A DNA stretch of 26,501 bases, taken from positions 1 through 26,501 of IMG/VR virus record IMGVR_UViG_3300020043_004612. One strand, 5' to 3'. Shown piece by piece: positions 22,392 to 26,501 of this stretch; position 1 is the first letter of the stretch; every line of letters starts with the position of its first letter. The stretch is from a virus. Its lineage: Duplodnaviria; Caudoviricetes. A model generated the notes under the pieces. The model saw only the letters and a list, made by a program, of their open reading frames with translations. It searched no databases and had not been told where the DNA came from. The translations under genes were made by a program, and so were the position numbers.

Positions 22392-23629
22392 TGGCAATTA
22401 CAATAGACGATCAACCATACGAATACACACCCATTGGTCAGCGACTTATGCTCGTTGCATCTTCGACGAACGTAGCAAATACAGGCTTTCGTTTTGTGTT
22501 TGACTTCGGTTCATTCCAAGTGAACGTACAACCTAACGCAGCGAACAAAGGGGTGTTGGATTTAGCACCTATCTTTCGTGAACAACTGCAACACGACGCG
22601 TCACTTTTGACAGCATCAGCGGACACGGAGAACAGCAGCGTCGCTTTCATTTCTTGCACCATTAAAGAAGGTTGGCTCGTTGACGGAGTGTTCACGGTTA
22701 GTGGTTTAGGTATGGCTGACATTGACGACGTGTACGCGTTCCTCGCTGAATATCAAGTGGCGGATGGATACAAGCCAGACCCAAACACACGCTATGCGTT
22801 GGACGGAACAACAAAGTATTTAATGAGCGAAAGAACAATAGAAACGCACAAGTGGATTGAAGCACCAACAAGAGGTCTTTCGAACGATTGGGTGTATGTT
22901 CCAACAAGACTTTCAGATTGGGGTGTGATGTACGCTCCTTCGTCTTCTGCGTTGCTTATCGATAACGACTTCGATATTGTTGTGTTCACCTCTTACGACG
23001 ACACGGATACAATCATTGACACGCAGTTTTTGACAATGGAAAGTAACTCGGCAATCGTGAATGTGATTGGTAGCTATTACGCTAACATAAATGCGTGGGG
23101 TGGGTTAGATTTAACAGGTGCAAAATACTATACAATACAACTTGGAAAAGAAACAGCCTTCCCGATTTACACACCTTCTTCGCGCGTGTATTGTTTTTAC
23201 CTTGTCGCTGACGATTGTCGCTTTGACAATGTGCGTCTGGGTTGGACGAATACTTGCGGTGGTGTGGATTACTTCAACTTCACGAAGAAGAGTGAGTTGT
23301 CGTTCAACTACGATCGTAAGCAATATCAAAAAGTAGTTGGAAGTTACAACGCTTCAACCTTTGGATTCAACACCTACGACAGAGGAACAACGGACAGATA
23401 CGTCACAACGACGAAAGGACTTCAAATAAACAGCGATTGGGTATCGGTTGGAGAGTTTAACCTGTTGCAGACACTTTGTCGTTCAAACGACGTGTTCATA
23501 ATCAACGACGACGGAACACAAACACCTGTTCTTGTGGATACTCAAAACTTTGTTATCAAGGACGAAAGATATTCTAAACTTTACAATGTTACTTTGAACT
23601 TGAAATACTCTCAACCTGTTGGCTTATGA
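22391..23629 (+). CDS. Tail structural protein (distal tail/baseplate-like)
   Basis: 412 aa; RL.W.N..GG.DYFNF.KK, L.INSDWV, L..L..S..V motifs. Confidence 0.6.
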   Translation: MAITIDDQPYEYTPIGQRLMLVASSTNVANTGFRFVFDFGSFQVNVQPNAANKGVLDLAPIFREQLQHDASLLTASADTENSSVAFISCTIKEGWLVDGVFTVSGLGMADIDDVYAFLAEYQVADGYKPDPNTRYALDGTTKYLMSERTIETHKWIEAPTRGLSNDWVYVPTRLSDWGVMYAPSSSALLIDNDFDIVVFTSYDDTDTIIDTQFLTMESNSAIVNVIGSYYANINAWGGLDLTGAKYYTIQLGKETAFPIYTPSSRVYCFYLVADDCRFDNVRLGWTNTCGGVDYFNFTKKSELSFNYDRKQYQKVVGSYNASTFGFNTYDRGTTDRYVTTTKGLQINSDWVSVGEFNLLQTLCRSNDVFIINDDGTQTPVLVDTQNFVIKDERYSKLYNVTLNLKYSQPVGL

Positions 23630-26268
23630 TGAACGAAGTAATACTAACGCTTACCGATAGCAACGGAAACAGCGCTATTCTCGACCTTTACGAGAACGAG
23701 AAGATGCACTTAAACTATAAGTTCACCGACATAACAGACTTCGCTTCTGTGGGTAATTACTCGCGAGAATTTCGCGTTCCAGCGAGCAAGACAAATACTG
23801 ACTTCTTCGGTGCTATCTTCAACGTAAACTTCGACGGATGGTTTGACTTTAGAAAGAAGGTTGATGCGGTGTTGACTGTGAACACTATTCCAATTGCAAG
23901 TGGACATATTCAAGTGAAAAAGTTGTATTGGCAAAGTGGTAAACTATTCGAATTTGAAATTGTATTCTTCGGTGAAGTACCAAACCTTGCAAGACTATTA
24001 AATGAAAAGAAACTCAAAGATATTGAGAGCATTGTCGCAGGTGATTTGGATTACGACTTGCTTCACGAATACGTTGAAACACCACCTAATGCGCACACCA
24101 TTTTAACGCTTTGCGATAAGTTCAATCTGACTGCAACAAACGTTGAAGGACAACCTATTTATTGGAATGTTTCTTTAGGTGCGTTTAGCGACGCGTTACC
24201 GCTTTACGTTGGACACTTAACACCTGCTGTCAAGGCGCAATACTTATTCGATCAAATTCTTGCAGATGCAGGTATTCAATATTCGAGCGATTATCTTTCA
24301 ACGATATTGGATAATGTGTACGTTCCTTTCGTCAATGGTCAGTATTTGAATAGCGCAGTAGGATTAAACGACAACGCTTCAAATCTTGCTTTGGCTTCGG
24401 ATGTTAATGGATTGACATTTGCACCTTCCAATAACATTTATAACTTATACACTCAATTTACTGAATACGAAGATGCAGGACCAAATTGGAGTGGTGGTGT
24501 GTTTACCGTTCCTTATACAGCGCAATACACATTCAGACTTGCGGCAAATGGTCGTGTGAATACTTTGAACGGACAAGACTTCGGAAACTATCCTGTTCGC
24601 ATTTTAGTTTACGTCAATGATGTTTTCACTTACGAATACGAATTGTTTCAAACGAGTTATTTGTTTTATTTGAACTCAACGCAAACATACGCTTTCAATG
24701 GCGGTGATACCGTTAAATTCAAGTTGCAAATCTTACCACAAGATTCAACTGCAGGAACATTTACTTGGGACGTTGATTTGTTTGGTTCAGGAACAGTTTC
24801 TCAATTCGGTTGTGGTATTGAACTTATAAGTGTTGGAACAAATCTAATAGGCGACGAAGTTGTAATGGAATATAACGCTCCAGATATGAACCAAATGGAT
24901 ATCATAACGTCAATCCAAAAGATGTTCAACCTTGTCTTCGTTGCGGACAAGACGCTACCGAACACGCTGCGAATAGAACCAATGGTTGAATATATCGCAA
25001 GCGGAAACACGCTCGATTGGTCGCAGAAGTTGGACTTATCGAAAGACATCATGTACTCACCAACTACCGACCTGCAAAAGGCGAAGTTTACTTTTACCTA
25101 TACCGAAGACGGCGACTATTTCAACTCAGTCTATAAAGACAACGGACGCATCTACGGACGTTATGAAGTTACTGAAAACGATTTCGAAGTAATCAACGAG
25201 TTCGCAACAGGCGAAGAAAAGGTAGAACTTGCTTTCGCCTCAACACCTTCCGCACCCGTGCCAGGAACGAACGTTGTAATTCCACATTTCACCAATGCAG
25301 AAGGACAATTCGTTCAACCTAAACCACGCATCCTGTATTACTTCGCAGACTTCTTCGTCAATATGTACGATGAGGTTTCAGATAGTGTGGTGCAAACAGC
25401 GGTAAAGTGTTTGAATAACTATTCGACAATGAACGCAAGCGTAACGGATAGCGACCTCAACTTCGCTCCCGAAATACCTATTCACACAATCGTTGCTAAT
25501 CCATACAACAACTTGTACAATCGTTGGTGGAGAAACTACTATCGTGAACTTTACGACGGACAAGCGCGCATCTTAGAAGGAATGTTCGCTCTTACTTTGA
25601 ACGACATCTTCACGTTTCAATTCAGTGACAAAATTTGGATTATTGATAGTTGGTGGCGCGTGTTGGACATTGAAGGCTACGTTGTAGGTGAGCAGAACGT
25701 CACTAAGGTGAAACTCATTCGTGTGTTGGACATCGACAATGACTGCGACCTTACACCCGTTTCGGCTAACTTAGACCAAACGTTAAATTGGGAAACACCG
25801 AACGGAGATCCTGCGACAATTACACAAGACTGTTGTTTGCGTTTTGGCTACAATTGGAACAGCGCAAAGAACAATTGCTATTCAACACCAAACAATGGAA
25901 CGCGTTCTTTCATCACAGCACAAGCACCAACACTAGCACCAACGCGCTTCGGTGCTCCTGTTAGTTTTGGAGCGGGTGTTTCGCAGCCAGTTAGAACAAT
26001 AACGACTGACTACGTTGTAACGAACTTTGACCGAATGATTTTCGCAGATACGACATCGAATGGAATAACAATCTATTTGCCTTCTGCAACTACGACGGCA
26101 GGTCGTGAGTTCATCATTCAAAAGAGCGCAGCGGCTAACGGAGTGACAGTGCAAGCATACACAGGTGAAACGGTTGAAGGAAGCGGTAGCGTAACGTTTA
26201 CAGGAATGGGAGACACAATAACAATTATTTCAAATGGAAGCGACTTCAAAGGAACATCTACAAAATAA
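23626..26268 (+). CDS. Large tail protein (baseplate hub/tail tip-like)
   Basis: 880 aa; LDLYENE...LNY.F.DI, YSR.FRVP.S..N, I.KMFNLV, LDWS.KLD; C-terminal beta module (ITIYLP.A...GR.FII.K). Confidence 0.65.
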   Translation: MMNEVILTLTDSNGNSAILDLYENEKMHLNYKFTDITDFASVGNYSREFRVPASKTNTDFFGAIFNVNFDGWFDFRKKVDAVLTVNTIPIASGHIQVKKLYWQSGKLFEFEIVFFGEVPNLARLLNEKKLKDIESIVAGDLDYDLLHEYVETPPNAHTILTLCDKFNLTATNVEGQPIYWNVSLGAFSDALPLYVGHLTPAVKAQYLFDQILADAGIQYSSDYLSTILDNVYVPFVNGQYLNSAVGLNDNASNLALASDVNGLTFAPSNNIYNLYTQFTEYEDAGPNWSGGVFTVPYTAQYTFRLAANGRVNTLNGQDFGNYPVRILVYVNDVFTYEYELFQTSYLFYLNSTQTYAFNGGDTVKFKLQILPQDSTAGTFTWDVDLFGSGTVSQFGCGIELISVGTNLIGDEVVMEYNAPDMNQMDIITSIQKMFNLVFVADKTLPNTLRIEPMVEYIASGNTLDWSQKLDLSKDIMYSPTTDLQKAKFTFTYTEDGDYFNSVYKDNGRIYGRYEVTENDFEVINEFATGEEKVELAFASTPSAPVPGTNVVIPHFTNAEGQFVQPKPRILYYFADFFVNMYDEVSDSVVQTAVKCLNNYSTMNASVTDSDLNFAPEIPIHTIVANPYNNLYNRWWRNYYRELYDGQARILEGMFALTLNDIFTFQFSDKIWIIDSWWRVLDIEGYVVGEQNVTKVKLIRVLDIDNDCDLTPVSANLDQTLNWETPNGDPATITQDCCLRFGYNWNSAKNNCYSTPNNGTRSFITAQAPTLAPTRFGAPVSFGAGVSQPVRTITTDYVVTNFDRMIFADTTSNGITIYLPSATTTAGREFIIQKSAAANGVTVQAYTGETVEGSGSVTFTGMGDTITIISNGSDFKGTSTK

Positions 26269-26452
26269 AGCCGACGCGATGTTGGCGTGTTTAGAGTTTT
26301 TGAAACTAAACATCAAGACTGAAACAGAGTTCGGAAAGGTGGCAAATGGTAAGCGTCAATTGAAGTTGTGGAAACACTATGCTTTGAAAGTTACTCGAAT
26401 TTCTGTAAACGTGGCGTTTTGGATATTTATCTTATATAAACTACTATTCTAA
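26234..26452 (+). CDS. Small protein with C-terminal TM segment
   Basis: 72 aa, hydrophobic C-terminus, TAATG-coupled to the next ORF. Confidence 0.6.
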   Translation: MEATSKEHLQNKADAMLACLEFLKLNIKTETEFGKVANGKRQLKLWKHYALKVTRISVNVAFWIFILYKLLF

Positions 26453-26501
26453 TGGCTACAACGAAGGAATTTAATATATCGAGTAACGCGGTAACGGTCT
26501 T
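26452..26501 (+). CDS. Start of next gene (3'-truncated), possibly the tape measure protein
   Basis: MATTKEFNISSNAVTV... open to the window end. Identity is inferred only from position and the absence of a tape measure gene elsewhere in the window. Confidence 0.35.
   Translation, partial: MATTKEFNISSNAVTV

Noticed and set aside
19045-26268. Diversity-generating retroelement or invertible fibre cassette
   Set aside because: No reverse transcriptase, recombinase, template/variable repeat pair or flanking inverted repeats were seen in the window.
1-26501. Stop-codon reassignment, CRISPR array, integrase or att site
   Set aside because: Genes are full length under the standard code with TAA, TGA and TAG all used as stops; no spaced repeats or recombinase were seen.

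Overview
The window is most of the genome of a tailed dsDNA phage (siphovirus-like, Caudoviricetes), probably infecting Bacteroidota. The host call rests on TTG-N19-TAnnTTTG promoters and A-rich leaders that lack Shine-Dalgarno motifs. Positions 1-7174 (+) carry scaffold, major capsid, tail tube, portal with a MuF-like extension, head-tail adaptor and the lysis cassette (GH24 lysozyme, holins, metallophosphoesterase, spanin-like protein). Positions 7146-14709 (-) form a leftward early/replication operon (DnaA domain-IV protein, SSB-like protein, initiator, loader, HTH proteins) that unusually also holds the large terminase. Positions 14821-26501 (+) carry VRR-NUC, a sigma-70-like factor, NinB-like protein, small terminase and tail genes. 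No integrase, polymerase, tRNA or CRISPR array was seen. The main unannotated signals are: a five-hairpin candidate ncRNA with a kissing loop (18132-18299); directly upstream of it, a 51-aa ORF ending in a ribonucleotide-reductase-like CxxCGS tail; a promoter-proximal RNA switch followed by a pseudoknot and G6/pyrimidine tract (16184-16472); homopolymer recoding sites in the portal (A10) and tail chaperone (T9); and a tail terminator fused to fibre domains. All protein calls come from motif recognition by eye, not database searches.
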